A stretch of DNA of 64,000 bases from an uncultured Chloroflexia bacterium (GTDB taxonomy: Bacteria > Chloroflexota > Anaerolineae > Anaerolineales > UBA4823), in assembly GCA_963743215.1 (NCBI GenBank), contig CAVUOY010000007.1, positions 121,019-185,018 of the forward strand. Direction: 5' to 3'. Under the pieces are notes generated by a model, which did not search any database, was not told the DNA's origin, and saw only the letters and a program-made list of their open reading frames with translations. A program made the translations under genes and the position numbers. Of this stretch, positions 27,260-36,455 are shown piece after piece. Positions within the stretch are counted from its first letter, which is position 1. Every line of letters starts with the position of its first letter.

Positions 27260-29446
27260 GTGTTAAAGAATAGTAAGTTAAACGCCATATTATCCATCTT
27301 GTTTGTGGCTGCGATGGTCCTGTCAGCCTGTGCGACAGCAACTACAGCTCCCACCACTGCCCCGCAAGAAACCGCCGTTCCCCAGGCAACTCAGCCTCCT
27401 GCGGCTAAGTTGTCTGTCGGCGTAGTTCTCCCTACCAAGGATGAACCCCGCTGGATCCAGGACGAGACTCGCTTCAATGATGCCTTCAAGGCTGCCGGAT
27501 ACGACGTTCAGATCCTCTTCAGCCAGGGTGATTCCGCCAAGGAAAAAGCCAACGTTGAAGCGCTGATCGCTCAGGGTATCAAAGTCCTCATCATCTGCCC
27601 ACAGGATGCCACTGCGGCTGCTGCTACTGCTGATGAAGCTAGAGCGGCAGGCGTCAAGGTCATCTCTTACGACCGCCTGATCCGCGACACTGAAGCCGTC
27701 GATTACTATGTCACCTTCGACAGCGTCTCGGTCGGCAAGGCACAGGGCCAGTACCTGATCGATAAGGCTACCGGTACCGGCAACCCACTCTACCTGTATG
27801 CTGGCGCTGCCTCTGACAACAATGCCTTCCTGTTCTTCCAGGGTGCCTGGGAAGTATTACAACCCAAGATCGTCGACGGCACCTTTGTCATCAAGAACTC
27901 CAGCGAAGCCATTGCACTGCAAGACAAGGCCACCCTTACCCGTGATGAGATGGGCAAGATCATCGGCCAGGTTACCACCGACTGGAAGTTCGATGTTGCC
28001 AAGAACCTCGCTGAAGCCAACCTGACCGCTGCTGCTGCTACCGACAAGGGCAATGTCTTCATCCTCGCCCCCAACGATGGCACAGCCCGCTCCATTGCCG
28101 ATGTTTTTGCTGCTGACAAGGATGTCACCAGCTACGTCGTCACCGGGCAGGATGCTGAGGAACCTTCCGTCCAGTACATCATCGATGGCAAGCAATCCAT
28201 GACCGTCCTGAAGGACGTCCGCACGCTCGTTAGTGATGCCATCGCCGCTGCGGTTGCTTACCTGAAGGGTGGTGCTCCTGAGCAGACCACAACCTACAAC
28301 AACGGCAAGATCGATGTCCCTGCCAAGCCGTCTGTAGTAGTCAGCGTCGATCAGAGCAATGTCGTTGCTGCTGTGATCGACTCTGGTTATTGGCCAGCTG
28401 CTGACTTCAAAAACATAGATCAGATTGGCAAGATTGCTGTTGGCGTTATTCTCCCGACCAAGGATGAACCTCGCTGGATCCAGGACGAGACTCGCTTCAA
28501 GGCTGCCTTCAAGGCTGCCGGATACAGCGTCCAGATCCTCTTCAGCCAGGGTGATTCCGCCAAGGAAAAAGCCAACGTTGAAGCTCTGATCTCTCAGGGC
28601 GTCAAAGTCATCATCATCTGCCCACAGGATGCCACCGCGGCTGCTGCTACTGCTGATGAAGCTAGAGCGGCAGGCGTCAAGGTCATCTCTTACGACCGCC
28701 TGATCCGCGACACCGAAGCCGTCGATTACTATGTCACCTTCGACAGCGTCTCGGTTGGCAAGGCACAGGGCCAGTACCTGATCGACAAGGCTACCGGTAC
28801 CGGCAACCCACTCTACCTGTATGCTGGCGCTGCCTCTGACAACAATGCCTTCCTGTTCTTCGAGGGTGCCTGGGATGTACTACAACCCAAGATCGTCGAC
28901 GGCACCTTTGTCATCAAGAACTCCAGCGAAGCCATTGCACTGCAAGACAAGGCCACCCTGACCCGTGATGAGATGGGCAAGATCATCGGCCAGGTTACCA
29001 CCGACTGGAAGTTCGATGTGGCCAAGAACCTCGCTGAAGCCAACCTGACCGCTGCTGCTGCTACCGACAAGGGCAATGTCTTCATCCTCGCCCCCAACGA
29101 TGGCACAGCCCGCTCCATTGCCGATGTTTTTGCTGCTGACAAGGATGTCACCAGCTATGTCGTCACCGGGCAGGATGCTGAGGAACCTTCCGTCCAGTAC
29201 ATCATCGATGGCAAGCAGTCCATGACCGTCCTGAAGGACGTCCGCACGCTCGTTAGTGATGCCATCGCCGCTGCGGTTGCTTATCTGAAGGGTGGTACTC
29301 CTGAGCAGACCACAACCTACAACAACGGCAAGATCGATGTCCCTGCCAAGCCGTCTGTAGTAGTCACGGTTGACAAGTCCAATGTCAAAGCCGCTGTGAT
29401 CGACTCCGGTTATTGGCCGGCTAGCGACTTTACTGGATTACCATAA
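27260..29446 (+). CDS. tandem-duplicated (two-domain) ChvE/xylose-type periplasmic sugar-binding lipoprotein
   Basis: GTG start after AGGAGG; lipobox LSAC; two complete type-I sugar-binding domains (aa 50-390 and 391-728) about 95% identical. Confidence 0.85.
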   Translation: MLKNSKLNAILSILFVAAMVLSACATATTAPTTAPQETAVPQATQPPAAKLSVGVVLPTKDEPRWIQDETRFNDAFKAAGYDVQILFSQGDSAKEKANVEALIAQGIKVLIICPQDATAAAATADEARAAGVKVISYDRLIRDTEAVDYYVTFDSVSVGKAQGQYLIDKATGTGNPLYLYAGAASDNNAFLFFQGAWEVLQPKIVDGTFVIKNSSEAIALQDKATLTRDEMGKIIGQVTTDWKFDVAKNLAEANLTAAAATDKGNVFILAPNDGTARSIADVFAADKDVTSYVVTGQDAEEPSVQYIIDGKQSMTVLKDVRTLVSDAIAAAVAYLKGGAPEQTTTYNNGKIDVPAKPSVVVSVDQSNVVAAVIDSGYWPAADFKNIDQIGKIAVGVILPTKDEPRWIQDETRFKAAFKAAGYSVQILFSQGDSAKEKANVEALISQGVKVIIICPQDATAAAATADEARAAGVKVISYDRLIRDTEAVDYYVTFDSVSVGKAQGQYLIDKATGTGNPLYLYAGAASDNNAFLFFEGAWDVLQPKIVDGTFVIKNSSEAIALQDKATLTRDEMGKIIGQVTTDWKFDVAKNLAEANLTAAAATDKGNVFILAPNDGTARSIADVFAADKDVTSYVVTGQDAEEPSVQYIIDGKQSMTVLKDVRTLVSDAIAAAVAYLKGGTPEQTTTYNNGKIDVPAKPSVVVTVDKSNVKAAVIDSGYWPASDFTGLP
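27407..29446 (+). repeat. in-frame tandem direct repeat, period 1023 bp (unit A 27407-28429, unit B 28430-29446)
   Basis: Offset of 1023 nt seen between matching DNA blocks and between the twin antisense shadow ORFs 27790-28128 / 28813-29151; scattered synonymous differences. Confidence 0.9.
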
Positions 29447-29466
29447 GATTACTTTTTTCAACAACG

Positions 29467-29502
29467 CAGGAATAGTGGTGCATTTCCACCACTATTCCTG
29501 CA
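29467..29502 (+). other. perfect 15-bp stem-loop without U tract
   Basis: GCAGGAATAGTGGTG (29467-29481), loop CATTTC, CACCACTATTCCTGC (29488-29502). Confidence 0.6.
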
Positions 29503-29533
29503 GTTATCCTGAAATTTGCACTTTGACATACGA

Positions 29534-29570
29534 AAAAGGTCAGGTTGATCAAATCTGACCTTTTTGTTAA
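29534..29570 (+). terminator. rho-independent terminator between binding-protein and ATPase genes
   Basis: AAAAAGGTCAG (29534-29544) / CTGACCTTTTT (29556-29566) followed by GTT; A-run upstream gives bidirectional potential. Confidence 0.7.
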
Positions 29571-29633
29571 ACAAACAGCATGACACTGTTTTCCGAGTGT
29601 CGTCCTATCTTAGAAAACTTCAAAGAGAAAAAT

Positions 29634-30438
29634 ATGGAAACCACAAAAGATACCACACCAGTCGTGGAAATGCGGAACATCAAGAAGAACTTTCGGTGCC
29701 GTCCAGGCATTGAAGGGTATTGACCTGACCTTGCAGCACGGTGAAGTCTTGGGTCTGGTCGGCGACAACGCAGCTGGCAAGTCCACCTTGATGAAGGTGC
29801 TCAGTGGTGCCTACATCCCTGAAGAAGGAGAGATCCTTATCGAGGGTAAGAAGCAACATCTGACAGATCCCCTGCATGCGCGTCGCTTGGGCATTGAGAT
29901 GGTATACCAGGATCTGGCGCTTGCCAACAACCTTGATGTCACCTCCAACGTTTTCCTTGGACGGGAATCGGTCAGCACCCAACTCGGATCATTTAGTGTT
30001 CTGAATACCCGGCGCATGGAGCAGGAGGCGAAACGCCTGCTCGATCGTCTCAAGATTGATATCCCTTCTGTGCGTTTGTTGGTGGAGAGGCTGTCCGGTG
30101 GTCAGCGCCAGGCCGTCGCCATTGCACGTGCCATGGCATTCAATTCCAAGGTGATCATTATGGACGAGCCCACTGCGGCTTTGAGTGTGGCAGCCATCAG
30201 CAAGGTCCTTGAACTGGTGCGCGAGCTCAAAGCGCAGGGTGCTTCCATCATTATCATCAGTCACCGCTTGGAAGATATCTATAGCGTGAGCGACCGCTTG
30301 ATGGTGATGCGTAATGGCCGTAAGGTCCGCGACTGCCAGATCAATGAAAACATCGATGAATTTCGCGAGCGTGTAGTCGCCTATATGATTGGCGCTCGTG
30401 ATGATTTTGCACGTGAAGCCGACGTCGCTGCTGTTTAA
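29634..30438 (+). pseudogene. ABC sugar transporter ATP-binding protein (single NBD), N-terminal 20 codons out of frame (1-nt insertion at 29694; pseudogene or sequencing error)
   Basis: ATG 29634 gives [20 protein letters not shown]; skipping C at 29694 continues [31 protein letters not shown] (Walker A), LSGGQRQ signature, Walker B IIIMDEPT. Confidence 0.8.
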
Positions 30439-30458
30439 CCTCTACTGGGAGGATCGAA

Positions 30459-31640
30459 ATGTCTTTCAAAGATGTAATTAAAAAACAACAACATAATATC
30501 CGTGACTATGGCATGTATATCGCCTTTGTCGCCATCGTTATCTTCTTTGCCATTACGACGAAAGGCCTCTTTGTCTCATCCAGAAACATCGGTAATCTGG
30601 TGAATGCGATGAGCTACATTGCCGTATTAGCCGTTGGCATGACTCTGGTGATCGTTATTCGCCACATCGATCTCTCGGTTGGTTATTTGGCTGGTTTTCT
30701 TGGAGCGATCACAGCTATTGCTTTAAAGTATTGGCATCTGCCATTATTTTTGACCATGCTGCTCGTTCTGGTAGTCGGGCTTTGCGCAGGATTGTTGACC
30801 GCTTTTTTAGTAGCACAAATGAGGATTCCAGCCTTTGTTGCCACACTTGCAGGATGGTTGGGTTACCGGGGAGCTTTGCAGCTGGCAACCCGTAGCACGG
30901 GTACGATCATCATCGAGAACGATACTTTCAATAAGCTGGGCAATGGATTTATCCCCGACATTCAAGGCATCACTATATTGCCAGGCATACACAAGGTCAC
31001 ACTACTCCTGGGAATAATCGCAATTATTCTGTTTATCGTGGGCGAAATTAACAACCGCAGGAAGACCCAAGCCTACAACTTTGCTGTACCGCATATAAAT
31101 ATGTTCATTCTGAAGCTGGTATTTTTGTCGGCTATCATCGGGGTCATCACCTGGGTGTTGGCAGGTTACCAGGGTCTCTCCTGGGCTGCTGTTATCCTGA
31201 TATTTATTGTTCTTTTATATGATTACATCACCACCAAAACCGTTGTAGGAAGGCATATTTACGCCGTCGGGGGAAATCCAGAGGCAGCTCAGCTGAATGG
31301 CATCAGTGTAAAGAGGATCACCTATATCGTTTTTGGCTCGATGGGTTTACTCACTGCCTTGTCGGGTATGTTGTATGCTTCCTGGTTGCGGTCTGCTACA
31401 ACCATTGCAGGGCAAGGGATGGAATTCGATGCCATCGCAGCTGCCTTTGTGGGTGGTGTGGCTGTGGCGGGCGGCGTGGGCAAGGTTACTGGCTCGATCC
31501 TCGGTGCTCTCGTCATGGCCTCCCTGACCAACGGAATGAACCTGCTTGGCTGGGGTATCGAGATCCAGTATATCGTCAGAGCCCTGGTACTTGCCCTTGC
31601 AGTCATCTTTGATGTTCAAACCCGCAGAGCAGCCAAATAA
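30459..31640 (+). CDS. ABC monosaccharide transporter permease (XylH/GguB, BPD_transp_2 type)
   Basis: About 10-12 TM helices, GRHIYAVGGNPEAAQLNGISV motif typical of CUT2 permeases. Confidence 0.85.
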   Translation: MSFKDVIKKQQHNIRDYGMYIAFVAIVIFFAITTKGLFVSSRNIGNLVNAMSYIAVLAVGMTLVIVIRHIDLSVGYLAGFLGAITAIALKYWHLPLFLTMLLVLVVGLCAGLLTAFLVAQMRIPAFVATLAGWLGYRGALQLATRSTGTIIIENDTFNKLGNGFIPDIQGITILPGIHKVTLLLGIIAIILFIVGEINNRRKTQAYNFAVPHINMFILKLVFLSAIIGVITWVLAGYQGLSWAAVILIFIVLLYDYITTKTVVGRHIYAVGGNPEAAQLNGISVKRITYIVFGSMGLLTALSGMLYASWLRSATTIAGQGMEFDAIAAAFVGGVAVAGGVGKVTGSILGALVMASLTNGMNLLGWGIEIQYIVRALVLALAVIFDVQTRRAAK

Positions 31641-31696
31641 TCGAAGGATCTTTCACCAAAAATCCCTGTGCATTAATCATCACATCTAGAAATAAT

Positions 31697-31733
31697 CACT
31701 CCCCCTGCTTAACCGCAGAGGGAGTGTTATTTA
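31697..31733. terminator. stem-loop between convergent genes (bidirectional terminator candidate)
   Basis: CACTCCCCCTGC (31697-31708) / GCAGAGGGAGTG (31715-31726, one mismatch) then TTATTT. Confidence 0.5.
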
Positions 31734-32036
31734 ACTGCCTTGCAGTTTTTCCTGCACGCTTTTAATTTTATCTTCCATGGTTTGCACTCGATCCGTGCGT
31801 GTGCCGAATCTTAACGTAGAAGAAATGCGCGGCACTCCCATCTCATGCACTCGTTCATGGCAGCGTTTGATGGCCGCGAATACGTCCTCCCACTCTCCCT
31901 CAATATTAGTCCCGTATGCATGCATTTGAGATTTAAGACCTGCTTCGGTAATGATTTTTTCGCACTCCACGATGTATTTTGAAACCGAAACACCCACCCC
32001 AATGGGTACCAGGCAGAAATCTACGATTACTTTCAT
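31731..32036 (-). CDS. MTH1187/YkoF-family (UPF0045) thiamine-binding protein
   Basis: MKVIVDFCLVPIGVGVSVSKYI...YGTNIEGEWEDV...C.. pattern characteristic of the MTH1187 family; 101 aa. Confidence 0.75.
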   Translation of the reverse strand: MKVIVDFCLVPIGVGVSVSKYIVECEKIITEAGLKSQMHAYGTNIEGEWEDVFAAIKRCHERVHEMGVPRISSTLRFGTRTDRVQTMEDKIKSVQEKLQGS

Positions 32037-32058
32037 CCTTACACCTCAATCTTCAAGA

Positions 32059-33072
32059 TTACTCATTGACCAGCTTGGTTGCGGCATCCACAATCCGCTC
32101 AACATTTGGTAGGGTTTGGTATTCCAGCGCCCGTGAAAATGGGATAGTATCGGTGGTACATACCCTTGCAAATTTCAGTGCAATACCAGCCTCCAGCGCA
32201 ACGGCTGCCAGTTCCCCCGACAGACCAAACCCCTCATAATCCTCGTCCACAACCAGCATTCGTCCGGTTTTCGAAACACACCCGACAATAAGTTGCTTAT
32301 CCAGTGGCGTTACAGTGCGTAGATCAACCACCTGAGTCGATATCCCCTTTTGCTCGAGTATCTGGGCAGCCTCGATTGCCCGGTGTACCGACACCCCCAC
32401 AGAAAGTATTGTTAGGTCCTCCCCATCTCTGCGGATCACTCCCTGCCCTATGGGGATTGGTTCCCAAATTTTCGGCACCTCTCCCCGTGCACCATCAGCA
32501 GGCACGTCGAACTTCACATTTTTCCGGCTGCCCCCTCCCATCATATCCAACCAATATTCAGCCAGCATTTTATGCTCCAGATAAATGACCGGTCCATCCT
32601 GAGCTAACGCTGATGTCATCAGACCACCCGCATCCGAAGGTGTGGATGGAACAAGCACAATCAATCCCGGGATCTGGGACAACCAGCCCCAAAGGCTTTG
32701 CTCATGTTGACCCCCATCTCCATATCCCCCACCACAAGCCGCCCGGATCACAATGGGTACTTTCCATTTCCCATTAGAGAACCTTTCGATTTTTGCAGCA
32801 TGGTTTAGGATGGCATCCATGGTCACGCCAATAAAATCTACCAGCATCACTTCGACCACCGGGTGCAAGCCACCCATGGCTGCTGCAACTGCCGCTCCCA
32901 CAAATGCCGACTCGCTGATCGGAGTAGGCAGCACCCTATCGCGTCCAAAACGAACCCGCAGGTTCAGGCGCATTCCCTGGATATCCTCTCCCAAGATGAT
33001 GATGCGGTCATCTTTGGACATGGCTTGCATCAATGCATCTTCGATTGCATCCGCAAAACTCATCGTTCTCAT
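32059..33072 (-). CDS. 2-oxoacid dehydrogenase E1 component beta subunit (transketolase-like)
   Basis: MSFADAIEDALMQAM...ILGEDI, PISESAFVGAAVAAAMGG, SQIPGLIVLVPS typical E1-beta blocks. Confidence 0.9.
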   Translation of the reverse strand: MRTMSFADAIEDALMQAMSKDDRIIILGEDIQGMRLNLRVRFGRDRVLPTPISESAFVGAAVAAAMGGLHPVVEVMLVDFIGVTMDAILNHAAKIERFSNGKWKVPIVIRAACGGGYGDGGQHEQSLWGWLSQIPGLIVLVPSTPSDAGGLMTSALAQDGPVIYLEHKMLAEYWLDMMGGGSRKNVKFDVPADGARGEVPKIWEPIPIGQGVIRRDGEDLTILSVGVSVHRAIEAAQILEQKGISTQVVDLRTVTPLDKQLIVGCVSKTGRMLVVDEDYEGFGLSGELAAVALEAGIALKFARVCTTDTIPFSRALEYQTLPNVERIVDAATKLVNE

Positions 33073-34136
33073 GCTCCCTGGTCTCCTATCTGCCCGAGGG
33101 GCTGGGTTGCTTGTTCGATGACATTCTCGATTTCATTTTGTACTTGGGACTCAATCTCCATCAGCCTTTCAGAGTCCTGGTTGACCAGTTTTTTACGCAA
33201 TAGCGGGATTGGATCTCCTTCCTTTGATCGATGTTTACGGCCAGTCTCCCGAATAACCCCAAGCATTTCCTTCAATGCGGCAGTTCGTTCTCTCAATGGA
33301 GCTCCCTTGGATTGTGTATGGGCTTTTATCAATGGTAATGCCAGCTTAATCGTATCGCTTATGGATGGGTGGGCAAAACGCAGTAACTGGTCACCAAGGA
33401 AATGCCCTTCCAGGTGCTCACAATGCGCATTCAAAAATACTGGACCTTCACCATTACGTAAGCGCCTGATTTCTGTTTGCGCTACCTTCCAGACTGCTTC
33501 AACATCTCTTCCATCCACATCGATCCCACGCAATCCGAACCCTTTGGCTCGTTCGATAAGATTTCCACCGGTCACATTGGAGCTCTGGGTCACGATTGCC
33601 AAGTCATTGTTTTTACACACGAACATGACCGGTAGCTTCCATGCGGCTGCCAGGTTGAACGATTCCAGCATCATTCCCTCGTTGGTTGCTCCCTCCCCCA
33701 AAAATGCCACTGAGATTTTCCCAGGATGCAACCTCTGGTTCGCTAGTGCAAAACCTATCGCAGCTGGACCCGATGCTCCCACGATCCCGGACGAGGCTGC
33801 CATGTGCTCAGGTGAAAACAAATGCATATGCCCGCCCAACCCCCCATCCAATCCATCCGGTCTGCCCATAAATTCCTTCAATAATAAGATCGGGTCTACT
33901 CCCCTGACGAGCATTGGTGCAGTTGCTCGGTGATCTAGCGCTAGTGCATCCCCTTCCACGAGCTGGCTGACGATGCCAACCACGATAGCTTCCTCCCCCA
34001 TGCTCAGATGCATCTCTCCTGGGATGGATCCTTCGTGCCAGAGACGTTTTACCCCTTCTTCAAACAAGCGACAGCGAAACATGAGTGCATAAAGGAGCCA
34101 ATGATCTGCATTTGGTTGTTCTATAGGATTATCCAC
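33069..34136 (-). CDS. 2-oxoacid dehydrogenase E1 component alpha subunit (TPP-binding)
   Basis: FLGEGATNEGMMLESFNLAAAWKLPVMFVCKNN TPP motif; GTG at 34136 preceded by GAAGGAAGG (ORF-track TTG 34169 alternative); ATGA overlap with beta gene. Confidence 0.85.
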   Translation of the reverse strand: MDNPIEQPNADHWLLYALMFRCRLFEEGVKRLWHEGSIPGEMHLSMGEEAIVVGIVSQLVEGDALALDHRATAPMLVRGVDPILLLKEFMGRPDGLDGGLGGHMHLFSPEHMAASSGIVGASGPAAIGFALANQRLHPGKISVAFLGEGATNEGMMLESFNLAAAWKLPVMFVCKNNDLAIVTQSSNVTGGNLIERAKGFGLRGIDVDGRDVEAVWKVAQTEIRRLRNGEGPVFLNAHCEHLEGHFLGDQLLRFAHPSISDTIKLALPLIKAHTQSKGAPLRERTAALKEMLGVIRETGRKHRSKEGDPIPLLRKKLVNQDSERLMEIESQVQNEIENVIEQATQPLGQIGDQGA

Positions 34137-34249
34137 GACTACCTTCCTTCTACCCCATAATTGGCACAATCTATTTTAAACCAAAAAGACACAAAATACA
34201 CTCTTAATTGTATATTTTATGTCTTTAATGGCGAGTTCGCTGATCTTAT

Positions 34250-35773
34250 CTAGTCAAATTTACCGATAACTTTTTCCACCTCATCCAGAATTTCTCCTGA
34301 TTTGATCAATTCCTTCATCCGGTTGTGGTCAGTATGCAAAGGTCTATCCACATCTAGATGGGCAACGTACTTTCTGATCACATCATGCGCAGCCTGTACT
34401 CCTCTCCCAGGAGTAAATTCCCGAAAGTCCAATGCCTGGGCAGCTGCCATAAATTCGATCCCCAGGATACCGTAGGCATTATCCAGGATTTGACCATTCT
34501 TAATCGCTGTATTCATACCCATCGAAACAAAATCCTCCTGGTCAGCCGCAGCCGGTATCGATTGAATGCTGGCTGGCATAGAAAGGATGCGTTGCTCGAC
34601 GATCAACGTATCCGCCGTATATTGGCTGAGCATCATTCCCGAGAACATCCCCGCCCCTTTCGTCAGGAATTCGGGCAATCCCACACTGAGTGCTGAGTTG
34701 GTCAAGCGGTTCAACCTGCGCTCGGATAACACGCATACCATCGTGATGGCTGCGCCTGCCATGTCCATTGGCAGGCTCACCGGGGAACCTTGGAAATTCG
34801 CTCCGGTTAATGTCAGGCGGTAATCGGGCAGGAATATTGGGTTATCCCCCACACCGTTCAATTCAATCTCCACCTGGCTTTGGGCATAGTTGATCGCATC
34901 CAGGGCTGCTCCAATCACCTGGGGTGATGAGCGCATTGAATAGGCATCCTGCACCTTGGTTTTCATCTTACCGGTTGTAAGGTCGCTTCCTTCAACACAC
35001 TTCAAGATCGCCTTTGCCGTCCAGATGGCTCCATTAAATCCTCTCGCCTGGTGTAAACGCACATCGTATGGTTTCAAGTTCGCCAGCAGTGCTTCAAGGC
35101 TCATCGCGCATGCAATTACCGCTTGTTTAAGCCAGCGATTCATGTCATAAAGGTGCAATGCGCTCATCGCAGTCAATAAGTTTGAGCCATTAATGGTTGC
35201 TAACCCATCGCGTGCCTGTAAACCAGGGATGGGAATTCCAGCTCTTTCCAAGGCTACCCGCCCGGGTAACCGCTCCCCCTGAAAATAAGCCTCTCCTTCA
35301 CCCATCAGCAACAATGCAATCTGAGACATGGGAGCCAGGTCTCCACACGCGCCCACTGAGCCTTTCTGACACACGACCGGTGTCACGCCTTTATTCAACA
35401 TCTCCACCAAAGTCATCGTGATCTCAGGCCGGCAGCCAGAATTGCCATGGGCATGCACATTCACCCTGCCTGCCATTGCACCTCGGATGTGTTCTATCGG
35501 ACAGGGTTCCCCAATCCCGGCTGCATGGTTATAGATCAGGTATTTCTGAAATTGCTGCACCTGCTCATCGTTCAACACACGCTCAGAGAATTCACCGATC
35601 CCGGTATTCACCCCATACATGATCTCATGCGCTTTGAGCTTTTCTTCCACCATCGCCCGGCAGGCTTTGATTCTTTCAAGCGCTTCCGCGTGTAGCTCAA
35701 CTTTCTCCCCATGACGGGCAATCTGCATCAATTTTTGTGTGGTTAAACCCGTTCCATCGATGGTGATCGTCAT
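34250..35773 (-). CDS. MIO-dependent aromatic amino-acid/histidine ammonia-lyase family enzyme (lyase or aminomutase), Ala-Cys-Gly variant
   Basis: YGVNTGIG, NHAAGIG, GSVGACGDLAPMS (MIO loop), NGSNL..., QEDFVSMG family blocks; AAGGAGAAG RBS. Confidence 0.85.
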   Translation of the reverse strand: MTITIDGTGLTTQKLMQIARHGEKVELHAEALERIKACRAMVEEKLKAHEIMYGVNTGIGEFSERVLNDEQVQQFQKYLIYNHAAGIGEPCPIEHIRGAMAGRVNVHAHGNSGCRPEITMTLVEMLNKGVTPVVCQKGSVGACGDLAPMSQIALLLMGEGEAYFQGERLPGRVALERAGIPIPGLQARDGLATINGSNLLTAMSALHLYDMNRWLKQAVIACAMSLEALLANLKPYDVRLHQARGFNGAIWTAKAILKCVEGSDLTTGKMKTKVQDAYSMRSSPQVIGAALDAINYAQSQVEIELNGVGDNPIFLPDYRLTLTGANFQGSPVSLPMDMAGAAITMVCVLSERRLNRLTNSALSVGLPEFLTKGAGMFSGMMLSQYTADTLIVEQRILSMPASIQSIPAAADQEDFVSMGMNTAIKNGQILDNAYGILGIEFMAAAQALDFREFTPGRGVQAAHDVIRKYVAHLDVDRPLHTDHNRMKELIKSGEILDEVEKVIGKFD

Positions 35774-36056
35774 AAACTTCTCCTTTGCTGTGTTTCTGGT
35801 AACAAACCTGTTATACCGGATAGTGGAAATATGGACAAGTGATATTTGTCAGAATCTGACTGATAGAATCTGTCTGATGCTAGCTTATACGAAGATCAAG
35901 AATAGGAAACCTTTCCTATGACACATAGGACATCTGTCTCTACCAGCAATCCTTAACTTGATATAATCTATAGGCACTCGTTCGATCAGTTATCTTTTAT
36001 CACACTTTTTGTTAACTCTATCCTAATTTCCGAATGGTTTTAATAGGAGGTTCGCT

Positions 36057-36446
36057 ATGCGGCTATATGTCGATAGTGCCAAATGCTCTGGGTGCCGAGC
36101 GTGCATGGTAGCTTGTTCACTCAATCTGTTTCAAGAAAGTAATCCCAAAAAAGCTGCGCTAAATCTCATTCCTCATTTTCCCGCTCCTGGTGTGTATGAG
36201 ATGAAAGTGTGCACACAATGCGGTGATTGCGCTGCAGTTTGTCCGACGGAGGCTATCAAACTAAATGACCGCGGCGCTTACTACGTCAAATTCGACGAGT
36301 GTGACTTGTGCGAAGCCTGTGTGCCCGAGTGCCCTGAAGATGTGATGTTCGTCCGCACTGAGCTGGCTAATAATGCCTGGAAATGTGACCTGTGCGGTGA
36401 TTGCGTCAGCGTATGCGGTACCAGCGCACTGTGGATTGCAGATTAG
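36057..36446 (+). CDS. polyferredoxin-like protein with four 4Fe-4S cysteine motifs (AOR electron-transfer subunit candidate)
   Basis: CSGCRACMVAC, CTQCGDCAAVCP, CDLCEACVPECP, CDLCGDCVSVCG; AGGAGG RBS; 9 nt before AOR gene. Confidence 0.8.
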   Translation: MRLYVDSAKCSGCRACMVACSLNLFQESNPKKAALNLIPHFPAPGVYEMKVCTQCGDCAAVCPTEAIKLNDRGAYYVKFDECDLCEACVPECPEDVMFVRTELANNAWKCDLCGDCVSVCGTSALWIAD

Positions 36447-36455
36447 GAGGTACAT

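Noticed and set aside
27790-29151. Three antisense ORFs of 112 aa (27790-28128, 27857-28195, 28813-29151) inside the duplicated binding-protein gene
   Set aside because: They are shadow ORFs on the opposite strand of a strongly supported, GC-rich, codon-biased CDS. Their Ala/Ser/Arg-rich translations look non-genic. The twin copies simply reflect the 1023-bp repeat.
27407-29446. Considered whether the 1023-bp repeat could be a CRISPR-like or mobile-element repeat
   Set aside because: There are only two units, in frame, entirely coding for a complete binding-protein fold. There are no spacers, terminal inverted repeats or transposase.
32863-33933. 356-aa plus-strand ORF overlapping the E1 alpha/beta genes
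   Set aside because: It is antisense to two genes with unmistakable family motifs. Its translation is low-complexity (Ser/Pro/Cys/Arg-rich) with no start context. It is a shadow ORF.
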